Shown: one piece after another, positions 34,350 to 42,910 of the stretch
Layout: each line of letters opens with the position of its first letter
Position numbering within the stretch: position 1 is the first letter of the stretch
Origin: Candidatus Eiseniibacteriota bacterium
Lineage (GTDB): Bacteria > Eisenbacteria > RBG-16-71-46 > JABDJR01
DNA length: 64,000 nt
NCBI GenBank assembly: GCA_963762255.1
Contig: CAVXKA010000002.1
Span: 800,001-864,000, forward strand
Reading direction: 5' to 3'
Made by a program: the position numbers and the translations under genes
The notes under the pieces: generated by a model
What the model saw: the letters and a program-made list of their open reading frames with translations, nothing else
What the model was told of the DNA's origin: nothing
Database searches by the model: none

Positions 34350-34443
34350 GTCCCTTCTCCTCGGCTCGGACGGGGCGGTAATTCTAGACCAGCGCCCGGT
34401 CGGTTAGTAGCGATACCTCGCGGACCGTCCGCCTCGCCCGACT

Positions 34444-35307
34444 ATGGTATCGTCCGGCCCCATGGTCACACCCGCCGAGAACTCCGCGAAGCAGGAACGG
34501 CTCCTCTCCATCTCCTCTCCCCTCGAAAGGGTGCTGGCACTGGCTCGCATGCTGCGCCAACCCGACGGCTGTCCCTGGGACCAGGAACAGACGGTCGAGA
34601 CGCTCACTCCGTACCTCCAGGAGGAGACCTTCGAGGTCGTGGAGGCGGTAGCCGGGCGCGATCGGTCGGCGTTCCGAGAGGAACTGGGCGATCTTCTCTT
34701 CCTCGTCCTGTTCCTGGGGGCGGTGGCTGAGGACTCGGGGTGGGGCACCATCGAGGAAGTCGGCGCCGGAGTGGTCGAGAAGCTCATCCGCCGCCATCCG
34801 CACGTGTTCGGGGAAGGGCCCGAGATCGGGAGCGAGGGGGCTCTTCGCCAGTGGGAAGAGATCAAGCGCGACGAGCGGGCCGAGGGCGCTCCCGCTGCGT
34901 CGGTACCTTCGGCGCTGGGAGACCGGCCGAGCGGTCTACCCGCCTTGACCACCGCCTTCCGCATCTCGGAAAAGGCGGGGGCGGTGGGTTTCCAGTGGGC
35001 CGATATCCGCGGCGCTCTCGCCAAGCTGGACGAGGAGGTCGGAGAGTTTCGTGAGGAACTCGACGCCGAGGCCCGGCCTCACGCTCTGGAGAAGGAGATC
35101 GGCGACATCCTGTACTCCGTGGTCAACGTCGCACGGTATCTGCGCATCGATCCCGAACGGGCGTTGCGCGGCACGACGGCCAAGTTCCAGCGCCGATTCC
35201 GGTACATCGAAGGCCGCCTCCACGAGCGCGGATTGAGTCCGGAGCGCGTGTCACTCGACGAGCTGTCCGTGCTCTGGAATGAGGCCAAGGCCAAGGGGAT
35301 CGACTAG
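34444..35307 (+). CDS. mazG: Nucleoside triphosphate pyrophosphohydrolase MazG
   Basis: GCPWDQEQT, EETFEV, EELGDLL, KLIRRHPHVF, second domain EIGDIL, KFQRRF. Confidence 0.93.
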   Translation: MVSSGPMVTPAENSAKQERLLSISSPLERVLALARMLRQPDGCPWDQEQTVETLTPYLQEETFEVVEAVAGRDRSAFREELGDLLFLVLFLGAVAEDSGWGTIEEVGAGVVEKLIRRHPHVFGEGPEIGSEGALRQWEEIKRDERAEGAPAASVPSALGDRPSGLPALTTAFRISEKAGAVGFQWADIRGALAKLDEEVGEFREELDAEARPHALEKEIGDILYSVVNVARYLRIDPERALRGTTAKFQRRFRYIEGRLHERGLSPERVSLDELSVLWNEAKAKGID

Positions 35308-35900
35308 AAGACGCGCCCCGTCGTCCCCGAAGACGAGCTGTTCTTCCCCACCCGCTTCGTGGACATGAAGATCATCTCGGCGCGCTCCTTGCCGATATTA
35401 CGGAACCCATGCTGGCTGTTCGCCGGATAGTGGACGGAGTCGCCGGTCTCGAGCCGAAACACCCGATCCCCCACCGCGACTTCGACCAGGCCGGAGACCA
35501 CGTAGATCCCCTCTTCGCCCGAGTGAGCAGGGTAAGAGATGTCCTTGAGCTCGCCCGGATCAAGGTAGATGAGGTAGGCATTGAGGCGCCCGCCCGGTAT
35601 CCCGGGGGTCAAGTACTCAGCGTGAACCTTCACCGCTTCCTCGGGGAGTGTCTGCCGCTCGTTGCGCCGTACGACAGCGATCTCGCTGAGCTGTTCCTCC
35701 TCCAGGAAATAGGAGGTCTCCTTGCCAAGGGCCTTGGCGATCTTGACCAGCGCCCCGATCGTGGGCGATGTCTTCCCGCGTTCGATCTCCGAGATATGAG
35801 TCGCCGAGAAGCCGGAGACACGCTCCAGATCCTTCAGGGTGAAGGCCCTTTGCTTGCGGACGAGCCGTATCCGATTCCCGAGATCTTCCTTGGTGATCAT
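35304..35900 (-). CDS. XRE-family HTH regulator with cupin sensor domain
   Basis: TLKDL..SATHISEIERGKTSPTIGAL; cupin HSGEE..VVSG, GDSVHY, QHGF. Confidence 0.9.
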   Translation of the reverse strand: MITKEDLGNRIRLVRKQRAFTLKDLERVSGFSATHISEIERGKTSPTIGALVKIAKALGKETSYFLEEEQLSEIAVVRRNERQTLPEEAVKVHAEYLTPGIPGGRLNAYLIYLDPGELKDISYPAHSGEEGIYVVSGLVEVAVGDRVFRLETGDSVHYPANSQHGFRNIGKERAEMIFMSTKRVGKNSSSSGTTGRVF

Positions 35901-35922
35901 TCCCGATCCTTCCCGGCCACCC

Positions 35923-36480
35923 CTAGAGGGTGAACCGCGGCCAATCGGCCCAGAATACCCGGCAAACCCGCTCGCCGAGGTTCAGCAGCTTGGTAGGCAT
36001 GGAGGCCTTGAAATGGACGCTGTCCCCCTTGCGGAGCACGAACTTCTCGTCCCCGAGTTCGATCTGGAGGACGCCGTCCAGGATGTAGAGGAACTTGTCC
36101 CCCGGGCGCGGCGGTCGAACCAGCGGGTCCTTCATCTCCGGCTCCAACTCGAGCAGGAGGAGGGAGAGTTCCGCGAAGGGGCGCTCGGTGGTCAGGATTT
36201 CCCAGCGAGCCCCGGACTTCGGGCCGACGATGAACTCTCGCTCCCCTTTGCGCGTGAAGGAGACCTGGTCCCCCACCGGCAGATCCACGAGGAACGAGGG
36301 ATTCACCTCGAGGGCCTCGGCGATCTTGGCCAGGGCCCCCACCGTCGGGGAGGTCTTGCCACGCTCGATCTCCGAGACGTGGGTGGCCGAAACCCCCACT
36401 TTCGACTCGATGTCCTTTAGAGTAAGTGCTTGTGCTAGGCGAAGTTGCTTGATTCTGCGGCCAAGCTCGGTGTTGTTCAT
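35923..36480 (-). CDS. XRE-family HTH regulator with cupin domain (paralog)
   Basis: TLKDI..SATHVSEIERGKTSPTVGAL; cupin YILDG, GDSVHF; GAGGAG RBS before MNNTELG. Confidence 0.9.
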   Translation of the reverse strand: MNNTELGRRIKQLRLAQALTLKDIESKVGVSATHVSEIERGKTSPTVGALAKIAEALEVNPSFLVDLPVGDQVSFTRKGEREFIVGPKSGARWEILTTERPFAELSLLLLELEPEMKDPLVRPPRPGDKFLYILDGVLQIELGDEKFVLRKGDSVHFKASMPTKLLNLGERVCRVFWADWPRFTL

Positions 36481-36555
36481 TGCCCGCTCCTCGCTGGCAC
36501 TGAGGGTCGTCAAAGAGTCTCGTTCGGCTGGCAAGGTTCTCTGAATCATGCGCTG

Positions 36556-36585
36556 AGCCTAGTCCCACATGAAGAAAGCGGTCAA
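36556..36585 (-). promoter_or_regulatory. Putative sigma70 promoter for the XRE-cupin pair
   Basis: TTGACC-18 bp-TAGGCT on the minus strand. Confidence 0.4.
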
Positions 36586-36666
36586 CACTAAATCGGAAAA
36601 TCACGCTATAGACATAATGGATGACGATATTCCACAGAATGGACGGGTCATCACCCGGAATGCCGG

Positions 36667-36693
36667 AAGAGCCCGTATTTGCGGGCTCTTTTC
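36667..36693 (+). terminator. Terminator-like hairpin in divergent intergenic region
   Basis: AAGAGCCCG-tatttg-CGGGCTCTT then TTC. Confidence 0.4.
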
Positions 36694-36726
36694 ATTGGAC
36701 CGGTCCCACCGACGGGCTTGGCAGGG

Positions 36727-36755
36727 TTGATCCCCGAGCGGTGAGAGGGTATGCT
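36727..36755 (+). promoter_or_regulatory. Putative sigma70 promoter for the 3D-domain gene
   Basis: TTGATC-17 bp-TATGCT. Confidence 0.45.
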
Positions 36756-36873
36756 CCTGCCAATCAGTCATCCGCTGGTGCTCCTGTTGGAGCCCCGATC
36801 TCCTCTCAGTTATCGATCCCGCGCTCGGTATTCGCAGGCTCGGGATTCGTCTTCCGATAGGGATAACGCACAC

Positions 36874-37476
36874 ATGGCTTGTATCGACAAGCAACAGTCG
36901 GGTTGGCGCCCTCGGGCGGTACGACTCGCCTCGCTGGCCCTGGTGAGCGCCGGGCTCCTGATGCTCGGCTCCGCCTGGCCCGGAGCGGTGGCGGAACGCG
37001 TCGTCATGCCCCTGGCCGTGCCGATCGAGCTTTCCACGTTGGGTATTCACCCCCCCGTGAAGGAGGCCCCTCGGCGGACCCCACGACATATCTTCCGAAT
37101 CCCGGTGACGGTCACCGGCTACAGCAGCACATGCGGCCAGACCGACGAGACCCCGTTCATCACGGCCTCCAACACCGAGGTCCGGCACGGGATCGTGGCT
37201 CTCTCCAGGGATCTCCTGCGGGAGTTCACCCCGGGGGCTCCGTTCGGCTTCGGCGACATGGTGGAGATCGAGGGGGCGGGGATCTACCGGGTGGAGGACA
37301 CGATGGCGCTTCGGCATCGCAAGAAGGCCGACATCTGGTTCACTTCCACCGCCGCGGCGACGCGCTGGGGCAGGCGGCACCTCGTCCTGGCCTCCCTGAA
37401 CGCGGCAAGCGAGCGAGAGGAGAAGCGCCTGCACGAGCAGTTCGCGCCCGGCTTCGAGGCCGAGTTCACGGACTAG
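36874..37476 (+). CDS. 3D (Asp-Asp-Asp) domain protein, lytic transglycosylase-like, exported
   Basis: Hydrophobic N-terminus; VTGYSS..QTDETPFITAS, VALSRDL, VEDTM, ADIWF; start uncertain. Confidence 0.82.
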   Translation: MACIDKQQSGWRPRAVRLASLALVSAGLLMLGSAWPGAVAERVVMPLAVPIELSTLGIHPPVKEAPRRTPRHIFRIPVTVTGYSSTCGQTDETPFITASNTEVRHGIVALSRDLLREFTPGAPFGFGDMVEIEGAGIYRVEDTMALRHRKKADIWFTSTAAATRWGRRHLVLASLNAASEREEKRLHEQFAPGFEAEFTD

Positions 37477-37539
37477 GCGGTCCGGCCGGACCCCGCGCAC
37501 TCCCATCGCACCATGAGGTTGCGGAGCGGAGCACTCACC

Positions 37540-38453
37540 TCAGCCCTCTCCCTCGCAGAGACTCTGGTGGATCCGCGTGTACGAATCGTAACGATGGGGC
37601 GCCACGAGGCCCTCGGCGAGGCCCCGCCGCACCGCACAATCCGGCTCCGTGAGATGCCGGCAATCCGGGAATCGGCAGCCGGGGGCCAGATCCCGCAGTT
37701 CCGGGAAATGGTCGGCCAGCTCCGAGGGATCGAGGCCGGTCAGGTCCAGCACGCGAAGCCCCGGGCTGTCCACCAGATGGCCCCCGCCCGGGAGATCCAG
37801 CATCTGAACCCAGGTCGTGGTGTGGGTTCCCTTGCCGGTTTGGATGCTGAGTTCGCCCACCCGCAAGCCGGCTTCCGGGACCAGCCGGTTGATCAGGCTG
37901 CTCTTCCCCGCACCGGACGGCCCGAGAAAGACGGCGGTCTTGCCGGCGAGGCGCCCCTGAAGTTCCGCCATTCCCTCTCCCGTCAGGGCGGACACGTGAA
38001 CGATGGGCACCCCAACCGGGGGTAGATCGCGAGCTCCTCGCTGGCGCACAACCCCGGGGCGAGATCGGTCTTGTTCATGCATGCGATCGCCGGCACCGAG
38101 TTGAACGAAGCGAGGACCAGGTACCGATCGAGGGTCGCGGGTTTCCACGCCGGCTCGGCGGCGGCGAGCACCACCGCCGCGAAGTCGATGTTGGCGGCGA
38201 GGAGCTGGCGCTTCCCGGCTCGCCCAAGCGCTATCCGAGAGAGCGCGTTGCGGCGCGGCAGGATCTCCTCGATGACGGCCTGGGAGGAGGAGAGATCGAG
38301 AATGACTTCGTCCCCCACTGCCACCGGATCCACCACCCCACGGCTGCGGAAGCGGAGCTTCTTGGGGATGATCGCGGGAAACTCCGCCTCGGCCGTGCGA
38401 ACGATGAAGCTGTGACTCTGCGCGCGGATGACCAGGCCCCGGGTGCGATGCAT
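37540..38453 (-). CDS. rsgA: Ribosome small subunit-dependent GTPase A, split by a single-base frameshift near 38010-38022
   Basis: 5' frame: VAVGD, AANID, DRYLV, NKTD. 3' frame: VSA..GEG, GPSGAGKSS, GTHTTT, DSPG, CRFPDCRH..EPDC. Confidence 0.9.
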
Positions 38454-39581
38454 CTAGTACCTGGCCAGGGTCGGGTCGATCGTCTCGGCCCAGGCGAGGA
38501 TCCCTCCCGCCAGATTGCGCGCACGGGGGAAGCCGGCGCCGAGGAGAAGGCGCACGGCGGTGGCGCTGCGCACGCCGGACCGGCAGAAGACGACGATGTC
38601 CAGACCTCGGTCGAGCTCCCCGACGCGATCCGCCAACTCGCCCAACGGAATGTGCCGCGCGCCGGGAAGCCGCGCGATCTCGAGCTCGAACGGCTCGCGC
38701 ACGTCCAAGAGCGTGCATGCACCGAGTCGGCCGGCCAGCTCCCGGGGCGTGATCTCGGGAACCTCGACGGCGCCGGAGGAGCAGAACGCATCGTAGTCGA
38801 TGAGCCCGCCGAGGGTGGGGTGGTCGCCGCAGGCCGGGCACCGGGGGTCCTTGCCGAACCTCACCTCGCGAAACCGCGTGGCGAGGGCGTCGAAGAGGAC
38901 CAGCCTGCCGATGAGCGGCTGCCCGATACCCAGGATGAGTTTCAAGGCCTCGTTGGTCTGGATCGTCCCGATGATGCCGGGGAGAATGCCGAGGACCCCG
39001 GCTTCTGCGCAGCTCGGCACCGAGCCCGGCGGCGGCGGCTCCGGGAACAGGCATCGGTAGCACGGACCCCGAGCGGCGTCGAAGACCGAGGCCTGACCCT
39101 CGAAGCGGAAGACGCTGCCGTAGACGTTGGGTTTCCCCAGCAGAACGCAGGCATCGTTGACGAGATAGCGCGTGGGGAAGTTGTCGGTGCCGTCGACGAC
39201 GAGATCGTAGTCGCGGAGAATAGCGAGCGCGTTCGCGGAATGAAGCCGGACGTCGTGGGAGTCGACGCGGACATGGGGATTGATCGCGGCGATCTTCTCG
39301 CGGGCCGAGTCGAGCTTGGCCCGCCCGACGTCGGGGGTGCCGTGAATGACCTGGCGCTGCAGGTTCGTGTCGTCGACCGTGTCGAAGTCCACGAGCCCCA
39401 AGCGGCCGACCCCGGCCGCGGCCAGGTACAGCGCGGCGGGCGAACCGAGCCCCCCCATTCCCACGAGCAGGACGCTGGCTGCCTTCAGCTTCTCCTGCCC
39501 CTCGATCCCGACCTCGGGGATGATCAGGTGGCGGCTGTACCGGCGGAGTTCCTCGCTCGAGAAGGTCATATGGCCGGACAT
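38454..39581 (-). CDS. moeB: MoeB/ThiF adenylyltransferase fused to rhodanese (MoeZ/MoeBR)
   Basis: RYSRH, GMGGLG, NLQRQ, DGTDNF, CYRC, PSCAEAGV, CPAC, C-terminal FCRSGVRS. Confidence 0.93.
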   Translation of the reverse strand: MSGHMTFSSEELRRYSRHLIIPEVGIEGQEKLKAASVLLVGMGGLGSPAALYLAAAGVGRLGLVDFDTVDDTNLQRQVIHGTPDVGRAKLDSAREKIAAINPHVRVDSHDVRLHSANALAILRDYDLVVDGTDNFPTRYLVNDACVLLGKPNVYGSVFRFEGQASVFDAARGPCYRCLFPEPPPPGSVPSCAEAGVLGILPGIIGTIQTNEALKLILGIGQPLIGRLVLFDALATRFREVRFGKDPRCPACGDHPTLGGLIDYDAFCSSGAVEVPEITPRELAGRLGACTLLDVREPFELEIARLPGARHIPLGELADRVGELDRGLDIVVFCRSGVRSATAVRLLLGAGFPRARNLAGGILAWAETIDPTLARY

Positions 39582-39582
39582 T

Positions 39583-40014
39583 CTACCCGTCGAGCGGTTC
39601 CGGGGCGAAGCGCCGACTGCCGGCGTCCAGTGCCCATGACCGAACGCCCGCGGCCCGCCCCTGGATCACGGAGACGATGAGGTAGGAAACCCCCGGGAGG
39701 GCGCCGGCGCGGTCGGCCTCCGAGGGCACCGGCTCGGCGCCCGGGTGGGAGTGGTAGAAGCCGGTCACGGCGAGGCCTCGGCGGGCGGCGTCGCACTCGG
39801 CCTTGAAGTAGTGCTCGGGAGCGACGAGATAACGTCCCGTCGGCGAGCCCGTCTCCGCGTTGTCGGCCGGGGTGACGCTCACGATCTCTCTCTCCCCTTC
39901 GTGGTCGAATCCGATGAGGAATCCGCAGCATTCCCGGGGATAGGCCTCCTCAGCATGGCGACGCACGGCATCGAGAAGGCGGGGGGCGAGGCGCAGGGTC
40001 ACGGCCGGGCTCAT
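39583..40014 (-). CDS. JAB/MPN+ (M67) metallopeptidase, Mec-like
   Basis: YPRECCGFLIG, FYHSHP, PSEAD (JAMM motif). Confidence 0.9.
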   Translation of the reverse strand: MSPAVTLRLAPRLLDAVRRHAEEAYPRECCGFLIGFDHEGEREIVSVTPADNAETGSPTGRYLVAPEHYFKAECDAARRGLAVTGFYHSHPGAEPVPSEADRAGALPGVSYLIVSVIQGRAAGVRSWALDAGSRRFAPEPLDG

Positions 40015-40033
40015 CTGCCCGGCGGCCTTGGCA

Positions 40034-41302
40034 TCACGGGAGGAGCACGACCTTCTGGGTCACGTGATCGTGAGGCGTCCGCACCGTGACGAGGTAAAGC
40101 CCCGCGGCCGCGCGGGTGCCGCCGGCATCCATGCCGTCCCATGCTACGACCTGCGCGCCCGAAACGAGACTGGAGTCCAGGAGCACGGCCACCCGACGCC
40201 CGGAGAGATCATGAACCACGCACTGAGCCGGCCCCGGCTCGGAGAGCGTGAAGCGCACCTCCGCTCTGCGCGTCATGGGATTGGGGGCTACCCGCAGCGC
40301 AAGACGCGATCGGACGGTTTCGTCTTCCACGCCGGTATCGGCCCGAAAGATCTCGTCCATGCTCGATCCGGTGGCAAGGGGAGTCGCGAACCCCATAAGC
40401 TCACCGATGGTCGGCACGATATCGGGAATCGCGCGCGACACGGTGGAGAGCGCACCGACTCGGATGTCCGGCCCGACGGCCAGGAACTGGATCCGGCGGC
40501 ATCCGGCGCAACTGTCTCCATGGCCCGTGAAGTCGGTGGTGTGACGTCCGTGATCGTTGGTGACGATCATGGTCGTCTTCCCGGCATAGGCGGGATTGGT
40601 CTGAAGCGTCTGCCAGAGCCGGCCGACGATGTCGTCCGCGTTGGCGATGGCCTGCGTGTAGGCACCCCAATCCCCCGAATGCGCCGCATGGTCCACGTCA
40701 GCGAGATAGAGCAGCATGAATCGGGGCGCCTGGGTGGACAGGACGATTTGCGCCTGGGCCCAGACGTCGTCGTCGGTCGAGCCCACCGCGTGGTAGGTGG
40801 GCCAGTAAGTAGGACCATAGCTCGGATGGAAGCTCCCCTTCCACGAGCAGAGGTACTTGAGCACGTAGATGCAGTCGCTGGCCGGGCGCCCCAGACCCTT
40901 CCGGTAGTACTCGAAGAGGCTGGGCATGGTGGAGTAGTAGTTGCTCCAACCCCCGCAGTCGGGATCCGAGAAGCTCACCATCGTGGTCCAGCCGCCGCAC
41001 CAGATCGCGGGGACCGCTCTCGCGGTGTAGGTGTACCCGTCGTTGAGGAAGGTCTCGACGAGGGTCCCCTGCTGCGTCAGGACGTTCATCTCCGGGACGT
41101 AGGTCCGCGCGGGATCGCCCATCCCCTCCGAGTAGCGAAGCCCGTCGATAACGACCAGGACGACTCGCTCGGTTTGATAGGCGGCGGCGGGGTGGGCGGC
41201 AAGGACGAGAGCGAGGGTGGCTGCGGCAAGGACAAACATCCGCAACACGCTCCGCGGTGGGCGGAACGCATTCAGGCGCGGGGGAACGGACGGAGCGAAC
41301 AC
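40034..41302 (-). CDS. Secreted alkaline-phosphatase-superfamily metalloenzyme with FlgD-Ig/T9SS-like C-terminal domain
   Basis: Signal peptide ..PAAA; VVIDGLR, DVDHAAH, VTNDHG; tail PNP..HDLSGR..WDG..GLY..KVVL; start uncertain. Confidence 0.8.
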   Translation of the reverse strand: MFAPSVPPRLNAFRPPRSVLRMFVLAAATLALVLAAHPAAAYQTERVVLVVIDGLRYSEGMGDPARTYVPEMNVLTQQGTLVETFLNDGYTYTARAVPAIWCGGWTTMVSFSDPDCGGWSNYYSTMPSLFEYYRKGLGRPASDCIYVLKYLCSWKGSFHPSYGPTYWPTYHAVGSTDDDVWAQAQIVLSTQAPRFMLLYLADVDHAAHSGDWGAYTQAIANADDIVGRLWQTLQTNPAYAGKTTMIVTNDHGRHTTDFTGHGDSCAGCRRIQFLAVGPDIRVGALSTVSRAIPDIVPTIGELMGFATPLATGSSMDEIFRADTGVEDETVRSRLALRVAPNPMTRRAEVRFTLSEPGPAQCVVHDLSGRRVAVLLDSSLVSGAQVVAWDGMDAGGTRAAAGLYLVTVRTPHDHVTQKVVLLP

Positions 41303-41374
41303 CCGGAGATTATACCTCAGGAGGAGGCGCCCGGTGCACTGTCTCGGCGAGGCTCGAGTCTTCGAAGCGCGCGT

Positions 41375-42439
41375 TCAGCTTCGAGCCGAGACGACGCGAA
41401 TCCGGCCGGGCTCTCCCGCACGCAATCGGCCGACGATGGCCGCGGCAGGCGTCCCCCGGGCCTTGAGCGCGGCGACCAAGGCGCCGGCCTTCTCCTGCGG
41501 CAGAGACAGCAGAAGCCCTCCGGATGTCTGGGCATCGGCCAAGATCACCCGGCTCACTTCATCGACATCGTCGCCGAACGTCGTGTGCGGCTGTGCGAAA
41601 GCGAGATTCTTGGTCGATCCACCGGGAACAACGTTGGCTTCGGCGAGTTGACGGACGCGCTGGTGAAGGAGCACCGGCACCGCTTCGGCCTCGATCTCGG
41701 CCTCGACCCCGGAGGCGACCGCCATTTCGTAGAGGTGTCCCAAGAGCCCGTACCCGGTGACGTCGGTGGACCCGTTCACCCCCACCTCGCGAGCGGCCTC
41801 CATCGCGCTCCGGTTGAGAGCGGCCATCTGCGCGACTGCTGCCGCGGTCTCTTCTCGAGTGATCAGGTCGCGCTTGAGGGCGGTGGTGAGGATCCCGATG
41901 CCGAGCGGCTTGGTGAGAACGAGAGCGTCGCCGGGCTTCCCGCCGCTGTTGAGCCACATGCGCCGGGGATGGACGCGCCCAGTCACCGCCAACCCGAACT
42001 TCGGCTCCTTGTCGTCGATGGAGTGGCCGCCGACGACGGCCACCTTCGCTTCGATGCACTTGTCCGCGGCCCCGCGCAGGATGTCATGCAGGATCCCCAT
42101 GTCCAGACCGTTCGCGGGGAACCCAACGATGTTGAGAGCCACGAACGGCTCCGCCCCCATCGCGTAGACGTCGCTCAGTGCATTGGCCGCGGCCACCGCT
42201 CCGAAGTCGTAGGGATCGTCGACGACCGGCGTGAAGAAGTCCACGGTCTGCACGAGCGCGAGGTCGTCGCTGACACGATAGACCCCCGCGTCGTCGGACG
42301 TGTCGTTCCCGACGAGGACATTCGGGTCGTCAAACTTGGGAAGCCCGTCCAGAACCTGGGCGAGCGCGCCTTGCGCGATCTTGCAGGCTCAGCCGGCGCC
42401 GTGGGACAGCGCGGTAAGCCTGATCTTGGTTTCGTCCAT
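41375..42439 (-). CDS. selD: Selenide, water dikinase (selenophosphate synthetase), selenocysteine-containing
   Basis: ATG at 42439: MDETKIRLTALSHGAG-TGA(42391-42389)-ACKIA...DDAGVY...QTVDFF, in frame with ANALSDVYAMG, GGHS, TDVTGYGL, DAQTSGGLL. Confidence 0.93.
42343..42365 (-). promoter_or_regulatory. Candidate bacterial SECIS hairpin
   Basis: GCUCGCCCA-GGUUC-UGGACGGGC stem-loop with G-containing loop about 32 nt 3' of the UGA. Confidence 0.5.
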
Positions 42440-42472
42440 ACCGCAGAGACTAGGGGGGCATCTCGCCCGCGG

Positions 42473-42910
42473 TCAATGGATCGCAGGTGGATGTTTCGAA
42501 CGGGCGCGCCACAGCAGTCCGTGCACGGAACACCACGCGAGATCGGCCGCCCCCAGGCCGAGAAAGAGCACGAGCGGCTGGGGACGGTGAAGGAGTGCCA
42601 GACAGATGAGGATCGCCCCCCCTCCACCGCGCGCCCAGAGCACCGCGGCCTTGAACGGACCGGGATCCCCGGCGGTAGCCGCGGCGAGGTAGAGAGCGGG
42701 GAGCAGGAGAAGCGGCAGCACCGAGAGACGGAAGAAGAACAGGGCGTCGGCGGGCAAGGGGGCCCCGAGTCGCGCGAGTGCATCGTCCCCGACAAACAGG
42801 ATGAAGACCGCCAGCACGACGTCATACGCGGCACCGGCGATCAGGCTTCGGCGCAGCCCGACCTGCGGATCTTTACCCTGGGACGTGCGGGCGTTTCCGT
42901 GCGCGGTCAG
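42473..42910 (-). CDS. Small integral membrane protein (about 4 TM), unknown function; start uncertain (GTG 42817 or CTG 42910)
   Basis: Hydrophobic ORF filling the gap between M48 and selD; frame stays open upstream (..LIAGAAYDVVLAVF..). Confidence 0.6.
   Translation of the reverse strand: MTAHGNARTSQGKDPQVGLRRSLIAGAAYDVVLAVFILFVGDDALARLGAPLPADALFFFRLSVLPLLLLPALYLAAATAGDPGPFKAAVLWARGGGGAILICLALLHRPQPLVLFLGLGAADLAWCSVHGLLWRARSKHPPAIH

Noticed and set aside
36756-36873. c-di-AMP (ydaO) riboswitch before the 3D-domain gene
   Set aside because: Conserved riboswitch motifs not found in the leader
38454-40014. JAB plus E1-like pair as a CBASS/Bil-type anti-phage ubiquitin system
   Set aside because: The E1 is a rhodanese-fused MoeZ with no E2, cyclase or effector gene; it fits sulfur-carrier chemistry
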